Source: Eubacteriales bacterium
Lineage (GTDB): Bacteria > Bacillota > Clostridia > Oscillospirales > CAG-272
Assembly: GCA_045656385.1 (NCBI GenBank)
Contig: JAZORB010000219.1
Location: 1 to 37,522, forward strand
Direction: 5' to 3'
Length of the DNA stretch: 37,522 nucleotides
The position numbers were made by a program, and so were the translations under genes. How positions within the stretch are numbered: the stretch's first letter is position 1; every line of letters starts with the position of its first letter. The notes under the pieces are model-generated. The model saw only the letters and a program-made list of their open reading frames with translations. It had not been told where the DNA came from and did not search any database. Below, piece by piece: positions 18,479-27,673 of this stretch.

Positions 18479-19765
18479 ATGGCATACGATTACGAACACG
18501 AGAACTTTAACACAAACGACGATCTCCTTGAAAGCGGCGTCAGCATCAAGGTAGTAGGCGTTGGCGGCGGCGGAAATAACGCAGTCAACAGAATGATCGA
18601 CACCAATATCAGAGGCGTTGAGTTTATCGCGGTCAACACCGACCGTCAGGCTCTTCGCAATTCGGTATCTCCCACACTCATTCCCATCGGTGAAAAGATC
18701 ACCAAGGGTCACGGCGCCGGCGCAAACCCCGAGATCGGTCAGCGCGCTGCAGAGGAGAATGCCGAAGAGATCCGCGCTGCTCTTGCAGGCGCAGATATGG
18801 TATTCATTGCAACAGGTATGGGCGGCGGAACAGGTACCGGCGCAGCTCCCGTTGTTGCAAGAATCGCACATGAAATGGATATACTCACGGTTGCAATCGT
18901 AACCAAGCCCTTCCTCTTTGAGGGTCGCCGCCGTATGCTTCAGGCGGAAAAGGGTATCGAGGAGCTCCGCAACTACGTTGACTCCCTCGTTATCATTCCC
19001 AACGAAAGACTCAAGCAGGTTTCCGAGACCCGCATCACTCTCAAGAATGCTTTCGAGATCGCCGATGACGTTCTCCGCCGCGGTGTTCAGAGCATTTCCG
19101 AGCTTATCAACGTTCCCGGATTCATCAACCTTGACTTTGCAGACGTTACAAGCGTAATGCGCGATGCAGGTTATGCACACATGGGCACAGGTTCGGCTAC
19201 CGGTAAGGATAAGGCCGAGATCGCGGCAAAGGCTGCAATTTCGAGCCCGCTTCTCGAAACCTCCATCAAGGGTGCAACCGGTATTCTTGTAAGCATTACC
19301 ATGTCGCCCGACGTAGGACTCGAGGATGCAGATCTTGCTTCCACCATGATCACCGCAGAGGCACATCCCGATGCGAACGTAATCTGGGGAGCAGCATTCG
19401 ATCCCGATCTTGAGGATGAGATGAAGATCACCATTATCGCAACCGGTTTTGAGAACCCCGGTCACGATGAGCATAAGGCTCCCGCGCGTCCCGCACAGCC
19501 CGCACGTCCCGCTCCCGCACAGAGACCCGCTCCTCAGCAGGCAGCTCCCGCTCCTCAGCCTGCACCCCAGCCCGCTCCCGCTCCTGTGGCAGAAACTCCC
19601 GCGCCCGCTCCCGCTCCTCAGCCTGCGCCCGCACCCCAGCCCGCACCCCAGCCGGCTCAGCCTCAGAGACAGCAGCAACAGAACCCCGGCGACAGCTTTG
19701 ACGATATAATGTCCATTCTTCGTCAGCGCAAGCCGAGAAACGATTTTGGCAACGGCAGAAGATAA
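18479..19765 (+). CDS. ftsZ: Cell division protein FtsZ
   Basis: [26 protein letters not shown] tubulin signature and [11 protein letters not shown] 18479 lies 8 nt after GGAGG. Confidence 0.99.
   Translation: MAYDYEHENFNTNDDLLESGVSIKVVGVGGGGNNAVNRMIDTNIRGVEFIAVNTDRQALRNSVSPTLIPIGEKITKGHGAGANPEIGQRAAEENAEEIRAALAGADMVFIATGMGGGTGTGAAPVVARIAHEMDILTVAIVTKPFLFEGRRRMLQAEKGIEELRNYVDSLVIIPNERLKQVSETRITLKNAFEIADDVLRRGVQSISELINVPGFINLDFADVTSVMRDAGYAHMGTGSATGKDKAEIAAKAAISSPLLETSIKGATGILVSITMSPDVGLEDADLASTMITAEAHPDANVIWGAAFDPDLEDEMKITIIATGFENPGHDEHKAPARPAQPARPAPAQRPAPQQAAPAPQPAPQPAPAPVAETPAPAPAPQPAPAPQPAPQPAQPQRQQQQNPGDSFDDIMSILRQRKPRNDFGNGRR
19477..19680 (+). repeat. Pro/Ala/Gln-rich coding repeats in the FtsZ C-terminal linker
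   Basis: Degenerate PA/PAPQ units (cccgct/cccgca/cctcag). Confidence 0.85.
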
Positions 19766-19783
19766 TCCCCGGAGGCAATTATT

Positions 19784-20683
19784 ATGACACTTTCCGAATT
19801 CAGAGCTCTTCTTTTGAGCGATAAGGTTATAGATATTATTCTCGACACAGATACCTATAATGAAATAGATGACCAGTATGCGCTTGCATACGCAATGCTC
19901 TCGAAAAAGAAGATCAATCTTCTTTCGGTAAATGCAGCTCCTTTCTTCAACTCGCGCTCGTCAAGCGCCGCTGAAGGAATGGAGAAAAGTTACAATGAAA
20001 TCTTTAATATCATGAAGCTCACCGATGCGGCGATGGCAGAGCAGGTGCCGGTATACCGCGGAAGTACGCGCTTCATGACTTCGAAGACCGATATCGTCGA
20101 GTCGGATGCTTGTGACAATATCATCAACACGGTAATGTCGCGCGAAACACCCGTCGTCATCGTGGCAATAGGCGCCATCACCAACGTAGCGTCAGCGTTG
20201 GCTAAGGAACCCGAGATTGCCAAGAGAAGCGCGGTCATCTGGCTTGGCGGACACGCTCTCGAGCGCCCAGACACCAAGGAATTCAATTTGCGTCAGGATA
20301 TTCCCGGTGCACAGGTGCTCTTTGACTCGCACATCCCCTTCCTTCAGATCCCGTGTGACGGAGTTTGTTCTTCCTTCATCACAACCCCCGCTGAGCTTGA
20401 TTATTATCTCAAGGGTAAGAATGAGCTTTGCAATTATCTGTGCTCGATCACAGGTGATTACATAAGCTGGGGATACGGAAGATCAAAGGTCGTATGGGAT
20501 GTAACCGCTATCGGATGTATGACACTTCCCTCGTCGATGGAGATCGTTGAGATCCCGTGTCCTTACGTAACGAGCGATTGCCGTTATGCATTCGACAGCG
20601 CGCGCCATCACTACCTCTATGTCAGAAAGATCCGCAGAGACCCCCTATATGCGGACCTCTTCAAGACGTTGAGCGAAAAGTAA
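19784..20683 (+). CDS. Nucleoside hydrolase family protein
   Basis: N-terminal Asp motif LDTDTYNEIDD, IGAITNVA, WLGG, EFN and WD. GGAGG RBS. Confidence 0.9.
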   Translation: MTLSEFRALLLSDKVIDIILDTDTYNEIDDQYALAYAMLSKKKINLLSVNAAPFFNSRSSSAAEGMEKSYNEIFNIMKLTDAAMAEQVPVYRGSTRFMTSKTDIVESDACDNIINTVMSRETPVVIVAIGAITNVASALAKEPEIAKRSAVIWLGGHALERPDTKEFNLRQDIPGAQVLFDSHIPFLQIPCDGVCSSFITTPAELDYYLKGKNELCNYLCSITGDYISWGYGRSKVVWDVTAIGCMTLPSSMEIVEIPCPYVTSDCRYAFDSARHHYLYVRKIRRDPLYADLFKTLSEK

Positions 20684-20685
20684 TC

Positions 20686-20723
20686 AAAAAACGGCACTTT
20701 TTTTGAAAAAGTGCCGTTTTTTT
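20686..20723 (+). terminator. Intrinsic terminator ending the ftsZ / nucleoside hydrolase transcript
   Basis: AAAAAACGGCACTTTTT...AAAAAGTGCCGTTTTTT inverted repeat plus T run. Confidence 0.9.
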
Positions 20724-20724
20724 A

Positions 20725-20753
20725 TTGCAGAAAAGGCGAAAAAATGGTATAAT
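20725..20753 (+). promoter_or_regulatory. Sigma-A promoter with extended -10
   Basis: TTGCAG-N17-TATAAT, with TG at the extended -10 position. Confidence 0.75.
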
Positions 20754-20792
20754 ATATTTGATTAATCTTTTCCGGATACGGAGGGCTTATTT

Positions 20793-23700
20793 ATGATAAA
20801 GAAGTTTTACGGTGGATGCCCGAAGGTTTTCCACGCATCGCCCGAGTTTGCAATAAAGGGCGAACCTTTCAGCGTTTCCGCGGCTTGTCGCGCCTACTGT
20901 GATAATGCGCCGGAAAGACTTGTTATGCGTATTGAGGGCGAAAAGGATTATTATCTGCTCCCTACCGACAGATACGAACGTCTTGGAACCGCATATATGA
21001 TCTATCGAGCTGATATTCCCGCATCTGCGGTAAAGGGCGATAGACTTGTTTACCGCATTGATGCAGATGGTGAGCTCAACTCCAAACTGTCTCCCTATAT
21101 TTGTAAGCTGATTGATAAGCAGGATATGCCCGAGCTTTCGCCAATCACAATTACGGAGATCTTTGGCAGACCGAAGGGCAAAGAGTTTACCACGTACATT
21201 GAACTGTTCAATCCGACAGACAAGGCCGTTGATCTTTATGATTACGAGGTTCTTGTATATTCTCCCACAAAAGAGACTTTAGGTATTCCTAAGGGCAGAT
21301 TACCGCTTTCAAGAGAGGCAGGTGTTAATGTCCTCGGCGCAGGCGAGACGGTTGCCTACTGGCCGATCACTCTCAAAAACTACGTGCCCGAGGTAAACTG
21401 CCTTACCAAAGAGGATTTTATCGCACAGATCAATTCAGCATATCTTTACACGAAGGATCCTATTGACGAGTCAAAGGTTCGCGTTCTTCCCGTTGATCTC
21501 ACAGAGATAGACTCCGAAAGCGGCGCGCGCAAGCATATCGAAGGCATTTGCTCGCTCCCAAGCGGTCATGATACAACAACCTTGCTGATCGTTCCCCGCG
21601 GTGGCGACGAATCGAGCGCGATATTTACTCTCGTTTACAGCAACTGCTATGCCCAATGGGATACTCCCGTTCTGCGCTCGTCCTATTGGACGTTTGACCC
21701 TATGAATCCTCGCCAAGCGATCAATCTCTCGCATGCGGATTTCGCAACTCCCGGTTACCCCGCGTTTATGCAGACAGCTAAATTCGATCTCACCGCTCCC
21801 CTGCCTACGATACTCCCCATTTCTCCCATAAAGGAAGCATATCACGGTGATTATTGCGGAACTGTGGAGTTTGTTGTGCTTCCGGCAGACGGAGATTGCG
21901 AGATTGGCAAAACAACTGTTACCGTAACTCTGCCGAACGGCGAAAAGGCGGAATATGAAGCGCGCGAAGAGCACGATGGAGTTTATCGCGCACGTATTCC
22001 TGAGGAGGTTTTTGAGGAATTCTTTGAGCTTGAATATATGATAAGCGCATCCGACGGCGCAAGAACCGTTCAGCTCGGAAACGTACTTCCCATCCGTGTG
22101 CCCGTGTATGATAACCGCGGTCCCCGAATCACCTCGATGGTTCCCACACGCGGATATGCTTATGATGGCAGAAAGCCGATAGTTATCAAGGCTTCTTATA
22201 CAGATGCTTCGGGCATTCGCATCAAGGATTGCTATCTGAAGCTTGACGGCAAGGATGTTACTAACGACGCAACCATAACCGCGACTTCACTTGTTTACGA
22301 ACCGAAGAAGCCTCTTGAATTCGGAGAGCACACCCTCACTATCCGCCTCAAGGACGGTCTTGGAAATCGCACAACAAGAACGGTTGCGTTCAGCGTTTCC
22401 GATATGAGTGAGCTTTCCGCGTACTACGGCGAGATCCACGCCCATACCGGCGAGTCGGACGGAAACGGACTTTGCCGCGATGCCATTGAATTCGCTTATG
22501 ATAACGGAGCCGATTTCTTCTCGGTCACCGAGCATTCACATTATTTTACTCAAAAGATATACGACGAGCAGAAGAGCATTGCAAATTCGCTCGACCGCCC
22601 CGGAAGATTTGCCGCGCTTTACGGCTGGGAGATGACCTGGAACAACACCTGCGGCTATTGGGGACATATGAACGTTATCGGAAGCGAGAAGATGATTTCC
22701 GATATACACGGTGTCGGTATGCCCGAGCTTTTCAAGTGGCTTGAAAGCGAGCCGAATGCAGTTGGTATGTTCAACCATCCCGGCCAGGGTTGGGGCGATT
22801 TTGAGGATTACGGCTTCTGGACTCCCGAGGCTGACAAGCAGATGGCTCTTGCCGAGATCAAGGGCAGGGGATACGATCAGCAATACGCTCTCTTGCTTTC
22901 GCGCGGTTGGCACGTTGCGCCCTCCTTCAACGAGGATAACCACGCCCCCAACTGGACTGTAGCTTCGCCCTATATTACAGGCGTTCTCGCTCCCGCGCTC
23001 ACCCGTGAAAACGTGATGGAGGCCTTCCGTGCCCGCCGCGTATATTCGAGTGCCGATCCGACAATGAAGATCTTCTATAAGATCAACGGTGAGTGGATGG
23101 GCTCGAGACTTAATAACCCTGATGAGCTCAATGTGTCTGTAAAGATTACTACCGAGAATGAAAACGGCATCGGCCGCATCGAGATCGTTGGCGAGGATAA
23201 TATTCTCGTCGCATATAAGGCCGTCGGTGCGCGTCGGAGCTACGAATGGAACGTAACTCTTCCCGTTGAGTTTGATTATTACTATATTCGCGTTCAGAAC
23301 GGTCTGCAGTATTCGGTTACAGCTCCCGTTTGGATCGAGAACAGACAGGAGCCGAAGGTTCTTTCGATGATCCATTCGGCATCTTACGACACCCACGAAA
23401 GCTCGGCTGTTACGCTCAAGGTTGAAAATCCGACTGAAAAGACCATGGATGAAGTCAGAATTGACTTCTATCTTACCGGAATTGAAGGATTTTCTCTCCG
23501 CGATGCTGTTCCGTATGCAAAGGTCTGCATTGGTAAGCTCAAGCCCGGCAGACACGTGAGCGTTACACGTCAGCTCCCCGAACTTTCGAAGAACCGCCGC
23601 GTCAGCGCGATCGTTTCCGCAGTTTCGGATAAAAAGGTGCGCAAGGCAACGGCTTATATCCTCCTTTCGCCCATCAGCATCACTGAGGTGCTTTGTGCTT

Positions 23701-24419
23701 CGGGTGCTATCGAGCGCGATGGCGAAGCGATCGAAAATCCCTTCCCCTATGTTACTCTTTGCAATAATTCTGGCAACGATATAACCCTCAGGGATTCGAA
23801 GCTCGCTCTTTGGACCACCACGGGTAAGCCTCCGAAGGAAGAAAATATCTGGATCGCGGACGGCGTGAAGCTTCCTGCAAGAAGTGCGGTTGTGATCTGG
23901 TATCGCAAACCTGAAAATACTGCTTTGACTGTCGAAGATTTCAACCATAGATTTGGCACCTCTCTTATTGAGGGCGAGACTATCTTCATTTGCGACAAGC
24001 CGATCACATCGAGATCGACCGCGGGCAGAAGGCTCGATCTTATCGTGGGTGGAGAGGTTATCTCGCGCGTTACCTGGAATATGGGTGAGCGTCACGGTCA
24101 GGATGCAGAGGTGGACGAGGCATATAAGTACCGCTTCGACTGCGATATGTCGCCTCTCGGAATATTCTGTGGCAAGGGTAATCCCGCGCCCGGAAGTGTA
24201 GATTATAAGCAGCTCGGTGCACGTCTGGCGGTTGAACCGACCTACAAGGAAATCAAGAGCGCGAAGAAGCAAAGCAAGAAGGATGCTAAACGCGCAAAGC
24301 ATAAGGCGCAGATCAAGTATACATCGGCAGAGGCAGGGGCCATTGCCGCTGGTTCCGCAGCACTTGCAGCATTTGCAGCCGCAGCTATCACAAAGGCTCT
24401 GGCAAAGAGAAATAAATGA
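20793..24419 (+). CDS. Multidomain PHP-family (CehA/McbA-like) metallohydrolase with two lamin-tail-like domains and beta-rich Ig-like segments
   Basis: PHP metal motifs GEIHAHT..SDG, VTEH, GWE, GHMN, FNHP and NEDNH. LTD-like ITEI...YIELFN...VDL and ITEV...YVTLCN...ITL. Basic, Ala-rich C-terminal tail. Confidence 0.75.
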   Translation: MIKKFYGGCPKVFHASPEFAIKGEPFSVSAACRAYCDNAPERLVMRIEGEKDYYLLPTDRYERLGTAYMIYRADIPASAVKGDRLVYRIDADGELNSKLSPYICKLIDKQDMPELSPITITEIFGRPKGKEFTTYIELFNPTDKAVDLYDYEVLVYSPTKETLGIPKGRLPLSREAGVNVLGAGETVAYWPITLKNYVPEVNCLTKEDFIAQINSAYLYTKDPIDESKVRVLPVDLTEIDSESGARKHIEGICSLPSGHDTTTLLIVPRGGDESSAIFTLVYSNCYAQWDTPVLRSSYWTFDPMNPRQAINLSHADFATPGYPAFMQTAKFDLTAPLPTILPISPIKEAYHGDYCGTVEFVVLPADGDCEIGKTTVTVTLPNGEKAEYEAREEHDGVYRARIPEEVFEEFFELEYMISASDGARTVQLGNVLPIRVPVYDNRGPRITSMVPTRGYAYDGRKPIVIKASYTDASGIRIKDCYLKLDGKDVTNDATITATSLVYEPKKPLEFGEHTLTIRLKDGLGNRTTRTVAFSVSDMSELSAYYGEIHAHTGESDGNGLCRDAIEFAYDNGADFFSVTEHSHYFTQKIYDEQKSIANSLDRPGRFAALYGWEMTWNNTCGYWGHMNVIGSEKMISDIHGVGMPELFKWLESEPNAVGMFNHPGQGWGDFEDYGFWTPEADKQMALAEIKGRGYDQQYALLLSRGWHVAPSFNEDNHAPNWTVASPYITGVLAPALTRENVMEAFRARRVYSSADPTMKIFYKINGEWMGSRLNNPDELNVSVKITTENENGIGRIEIVGEDNILVAYKAVGARRSYEWNVTLPVEFDYYYIRVQNGLQYSVTAPVWIENRQEPKVLSMIHSASYDTHESSAVTLKVENPTEKTMDEVRIDFYLTGIEGFSLRDAVPYAKVCIGKLKPGRHVSVTRQLPELSKNRRVSAIVSAVSDKKVRKATAYILLSPISITEVLCASGAIERDGEAIENPFPYVTLCNNSGNDITLRDSKLALWTTTGKPPKEENIWIADGVKLPARSAVVIWYRKPENTALTVEDFNHRFGTSLIEGETIFICDKPITSRSTAGRRLDLIVGGEVISRVTWNMGERHGQDAEVDEAYKYRFDCDMSPLGIFCGKGNPAPGSVDYKQLGARLAVEPTYKEIKSAKKQSKKDAKRAKHKAQIKYTSAEAGAIAAGSAALAAFAAAAITKALAKRNK

Positions 24420-25315
24420 TGAAGTATCCTATAATCTTATCACCTATTGCCAAAAATCGCGTTTGGGGCGGAGAGCGACTCTCCGCCCTCGGCGCAGAAC
24501 CTCCCATTGGAGAGCATTGGGTGCTTTCTGTGCGCGAGGATGATAACAATACAATTGCAAACGGCGAATTCGCAGGGAAGAGTCTTGATGCTGTTCTGAA
24601 ATCTCATCCCGAATTTCTCGGTACCGATTGTGCAAAGGACAAGTTCCCTCTGCTTATCAAATTCATAGATTCAAAAGAGTCGCTTTCGATACAGGTGCAT
24701 CCGGATGATGAAGTTGCCGCCGAATTGGGCGAGGAATGCGGAAAGACCGAGATGTGGTATATAATCGATGCCGAACCTGATTCGTATATTTATTTTGGTA
24801 TCAAGGAAGAGTATTCCGAGAGAGAAGTAAAGGAAGTTATTCTTTCGGGGGCCGATCCGACACCGTATCTCAATAAGGTCCCCGTAAAAGAGGGCGAGTG
24901 CTACTTTATCGCCGGCGGAACTCCGCACGCTATCGGCGGCGGAAACTATATTTGCGAGATACAGCAGAATTGCGACACCACTTACCGTATCTATGATTAC
25001 GGCAGACCTCGCGAGCTCCACTTGAAGCAAGCTGCGTCTTCGGTCAAGAAATTGCCGATGAGTAATACGAACAGGGGCGATGTCCTTGCCGAGTGCGAAT
25101 ATTTTACATCCGCGCTTATTACGGTTGAGGGCGAACTGCCTATTGAAGCAACTACAGAAAGATTTGTTTCCCTGACGGTTATCAAAGGCAAAGGCAGCAT
25201 AATTGCGGGAAATGCCGAATATCCCATCGAGGAAAGAGATTCTGTCTTTATTCCGGCGGGAGAAGAGAAGTATGCTCTTCGCGGAAATATTGAGCTTATC
25301 AAAACGACGATATAA
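24416..25315 (+). CDS. manA: Class I mannose-6-phosphate isomerase
   Basis: RVWGG, IGEHW, FPLLIKFID, LSIQVHPDD, KTEMWY, HAIG and EIQQ..DTTYRIYDY.R..RELH. Confidence 0.93.
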   Translation: MMKYPIILSPIAKNRVWGGERLSALGAEPPIGEHWVLSVREDDNNTIANGEFAGKSLDAVLKSHPEFLGTDCAKDKFPLLIKFIDSKESLSIQVHPDDEVAAELGEECGKTEMWYIIDAEPDSYIYFGIKEEYSEREVKEVILSGADPTPYLNKVPVKEGECYFIAGGTPHAIGGGNYICEIQQNCDTTYRIYDYGRPRELHLKQAASSVKKLPMSNTNRGDVLAECEYFTSALITVEGELPIEATTERFVSLTVIKGKGSIIAGNAEYPIEERDSVFIPAGEEKYALRGNIELIKTTI

Positions 25316-25317
25316 AA

Positions 25318-25351
25318 CAAAAAACCGATGCGTTTCCGCATCGGTTTTTTG
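25318..25351. terminator. Bidirectional intrinsic terminator between convergent manA and rplL
   Basis: CAAAAAACCGATGCG-TTTC-CGCATCGGTTTTTTG. Confidence 0.92.
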
Positions 25352-25395
25352 CACAGCAAGGATTTTCGGATGTGCAAATATTATGTTGGATTAAA

Positions 25396-25779
25396 TTACT
25401 TAATCTCAACGGTAGCGCCAGCCTCGGTAAGAGCAGCCTTGATGGACTCAGCTTCTTCCTTAGCAACGCCTTCCTTAAGGGTCTTGGGAGCACCCTCAAC
25501 GAGCTCCTTAGCTTCCTTAAGTCCGAGACCGGTGATCTCACGAACTGCCTTGATAACGCCAAGCTTGTTAGCGCCGAAGGATGCGAGAACTACGTCGAAC
25601 TCGGTCTTCTCTTCTGCAGCAGCGGGAGCAGCAGCGCCTGCGCCTGCAGCAGCACCTGCGGAAACGTTAGCAGCGGATACGCCGAACTCTTCCTCACATG
25701 CAGATACGAGCTCGGAGAGCTCAAGAACGGTAAGTGCCTTGATGGAATCAAGGATAGCGATAATCTTTTCGTTTGCCAT
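25396..25779 (-). CDS. rplL: 50S ribosomal protein L7/L12
   Basis: [29 protein letters not shown] and [12 protein letters not shown]. Confidence 0.99.
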   Translation of the reverse strand: MANEKIIAILDSIKALTVLELSELVSACEEEFGVSAANVSAGAAAGAGAAAPAAAEEKTEFDVVLASFGANKLGVIKAVREITGLGLKEAKELVEGAPKTLKEGVAKEEAESIKAALTEAGATVEIK

Positions 25780-25823
25780 TTTAAATGACCTCCTGAATAT
25801 TTAAATGTTATGCCGCGGGAGCT

Positions 25824-26354
25824 TTATGCTTCTGCGGGAGCTTCTGCAGCCTCAGCGGGCTGCTCGTCCTTCTTGGCAACCTGGTCAAGAACATAGACGA
25901 ATTTGGTAAGGGGAGACTGGATGCAAGCGAGCAACTGTGCAATGAGAGTTTCCTTCGAGGGAATGGTAGCAAGTCTTTCAACTGCTGCGGCGTCGATAAC
26001 TTCGCCGTCACAGTAACCTGCAAGGAGAGTGAAGGACTCAATCTTGTCAGCATACTGCTTGAGGATCTTAGCGGGAGCTACTGCATCTTCGGGGCTGACT
26101 GCGATAGCGGTCATACCGGAGAGATACTGCTTGATATCACCGTAGCCGCACTCTTCGCATGCTCTGCCGGTGAGGGTGTTCTTAACTACCTGGTAGGAAA
26201 CGCCTGCTTCGCGGAGTTCCTTACGGAGTTTGGTATCATCCTCAACGGTGATTCCCTGGTAGTTAACAACTACACCGGAAACCGAGTTGCGAATCTTCTC
26301 GGAAAGCTCGGAGACAACCTGCTGCTTCTGCTCAAGTATAGCTTTGCTGGGCAT
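25824..26354 (-). CDS. rplJ: 50S ribosomal protein L10
   Basis: YQGITV, LRKELR, VVKNTL and LATIPSKETL. AGGAGG RBS, upstream of rplL. Confidence 0.98.
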   Translation of the reverse strand: MPSKAILEQKQQVVSELSEKIRNSVSGVVVNYQGITVEDDTKLRKELREAGVSYQVVKNTLTGRACEECGYGDIKQYLSGMTAIAVSPEDAVAPAKILKQYADKIESFTLLAGYCDGEVIDAAAVERLATIPSKETLIAQLLACIQSPLTKFVYVLDQVAKKDEQPAEAAEAPAEA

Positions 26355-26383
26355 GTGTTTAACCTCCTAATGGTTTGAAATCG

Positions 26384-26507
26384 TAAAAAAATATCCTTAC
26401 TCCCGAAATGCGCGCACACAGAGAGAAAGGACACAAATAAAGCTATTTGATTCTTCCTCGGCAGGGTGGCATTCGCTTTTACGGGAACCTGCTGTCTTTG
26501 GATAACG
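26384..26507 (-). ncRNA. L10 leader (rplJ autoregulatory cis-RNA) with attenuator terminator
   Basis: Minus strand reads CCAAAGACAGCAGG...CCCTGCCGAGG, the characteristic L10-leader core, then the stem TGTCCTTTCTCTC...GGGAGTAAGGATA and a T run before the RBS. Confidence 0.85.
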
Positions 26508-26513
26508 GCATAG

Positions 26514-26542
26514 ATTATACCACATTTGAATCGATTTGTCAA
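26514..26542 (-). promoter_or_regulatory. Consensus sigma-A promoter of rplJ-rplL
   Basis: TTGACA-N17-TATAAT on the minus strand, with TG at the extended -10 position. Confidence 0.9.
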
Positions 26543-26690
26543 TACCTTTTTGAAAAAAAGTTTTGATTTTTAGAAAAATGTTTGTTTTTTCATAAATTAG
26601 ATGCTTTTATGAGGTGATAATACGCCTTGTTTACATCAGGTTCATATTTGAGGTGTATAATAGAATAAATATACAATTCGGAGTTTTATA

Positions 26691-27611
26691 ATGGCAAAAA
26701 TTACTTTTACTCGCAACAAGGATGCTGCGATTGAAAATATCAAGGGTTACCTGACCGTGAGCCTTGCTTTGGCGCTCGTTGCCGCTGCTTTAAGGTCTCT
26801 GGCGTATCTGTTCTCATTCGATGCTGAAATAGGATACTTTAACGGAAGCTTTCTTGCAAAGATCGCTACCTATTTTATAATAGCGTTTTGTGCCTTTGCT
26901 TCGACGGGATTGATATTTATTTCGAAAGAGGCTGTGCTCCCGCGCAAGCTCAACAATGAGGGCAACTCGATCTATTTTGCTTCGGTTTTCGCAGGATTTA
27001 TTATGATTGCTGATTTTGCCTACAAGCTTTACCTGATGATGGGCGAGGATAAGTTCAGTTACTACAAATTCATTTTTGCTCCCGCTTTCAAATCGGATAA
27101 TGCTTATATCATCAGAGCTACCGCGGTCATCGAGATCGTTGGAGTTGCATCGAGCCTTCTCGCTGCAGTATGCTTCTTCCTTCGCTCTTCCAAGAAGTTT
27201 GATTCCAAGCTTTGTGCTTGGCTCGGATTCTTCCCGATCATCAGAGCTCTTACAGGAGTTGCGCAGATCTATTTCGAGATGGAAGTGCAGATGAATCATC
27301 CCTCGAAGCTTATGCTCGAGTTCGCTCTCATTGCGCTCATGATCGCGTTTCTTTTTGAGCTCAGATTCTTTGTTTCCGAGGATCGCGCAAAGCCGATCGA
27401 GTTTATTGTTTTTTCGTGCGGTGCGCTCATCATATCGATTTCTGCGGGAATCTCCGAAATGGTCGGATTTTTTGCAGGTAAGCTCTCCAAGGGCGATTTT
27501 TGCATTGAGGCATTCTTCTGCCTTGCAATGGGACTGTACGGTGCCGCCAGAACGATCTCTTACGTAAGATCGCTTGAAACTAAGGCGCCCGAGCAGGTAA
27601 CGGAAGAATAA
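26691..27611 (+). CDS. Integral membrane protein of unknown function (about 7-8 TM segments)
   Basis: 306-aa ORF with repeated hydrophobic helices and a GGAG RBS. No family motif recognised. Confidence 0.8.
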   Translation: MAKITFTRNKDAAIENIKGYLTVSLALALVAAALRSLAYLFSFDAEIGYFNGSFLAKIATYFIIAFCAFASTGLIFISKEAVLPRKLNNEGNSIYFASVFAGFIMIADFAYKLYLMMGEDKFSYYKFIFAPAFKSDNAYIIRATAVIEIVGVASSLLAAVCFFLRSSKKFDSKLCAWLGFFPIIRALTGVAQIYFEMEVQMNHPSKLMLEFALIALMIAFLFELRFFVSEDRAKPIEFIVFSCGALIISISAGISEMVGFFAGKLSKGDFCIEAFFCLAMGLYGAARTISYVRSLETKAPEQVTEE

Positions 27612-27673
27612 TTCCTTCCTTATTATATATATGACAAATTTTCGCATTTGCGAAGAAAAGAGAGGCGGACGGC

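Noticed and set aside
18452-19678. 408-aa minus-strand ORF with Gly/Arg/Cys repeats
   Set aside because: Mirror of ftsZ and its Pro/Ala linker.
19477-19680. Short repeats as a possible CRISPR array or mobile element
   Set aside because: In-frame, degenerate, without spacers, and encoding the FtsZ linker. The same applies to the rpsC repeats.
22536-24302. 588-aa minus-strand ORF
   Set aside because: Antisense shadow of the 1208-aa gene, with no recognisable motifs. Long antisense frames are common with this codon bias.
26610-26662. TGAGGTG(T)ATAATA direct repeat upstream of the membrane protein
   Set aside because: Only two imperfect copies in AT-rich DNA, and no properly spaced -35 for the TATAAT. 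Too weak to call.
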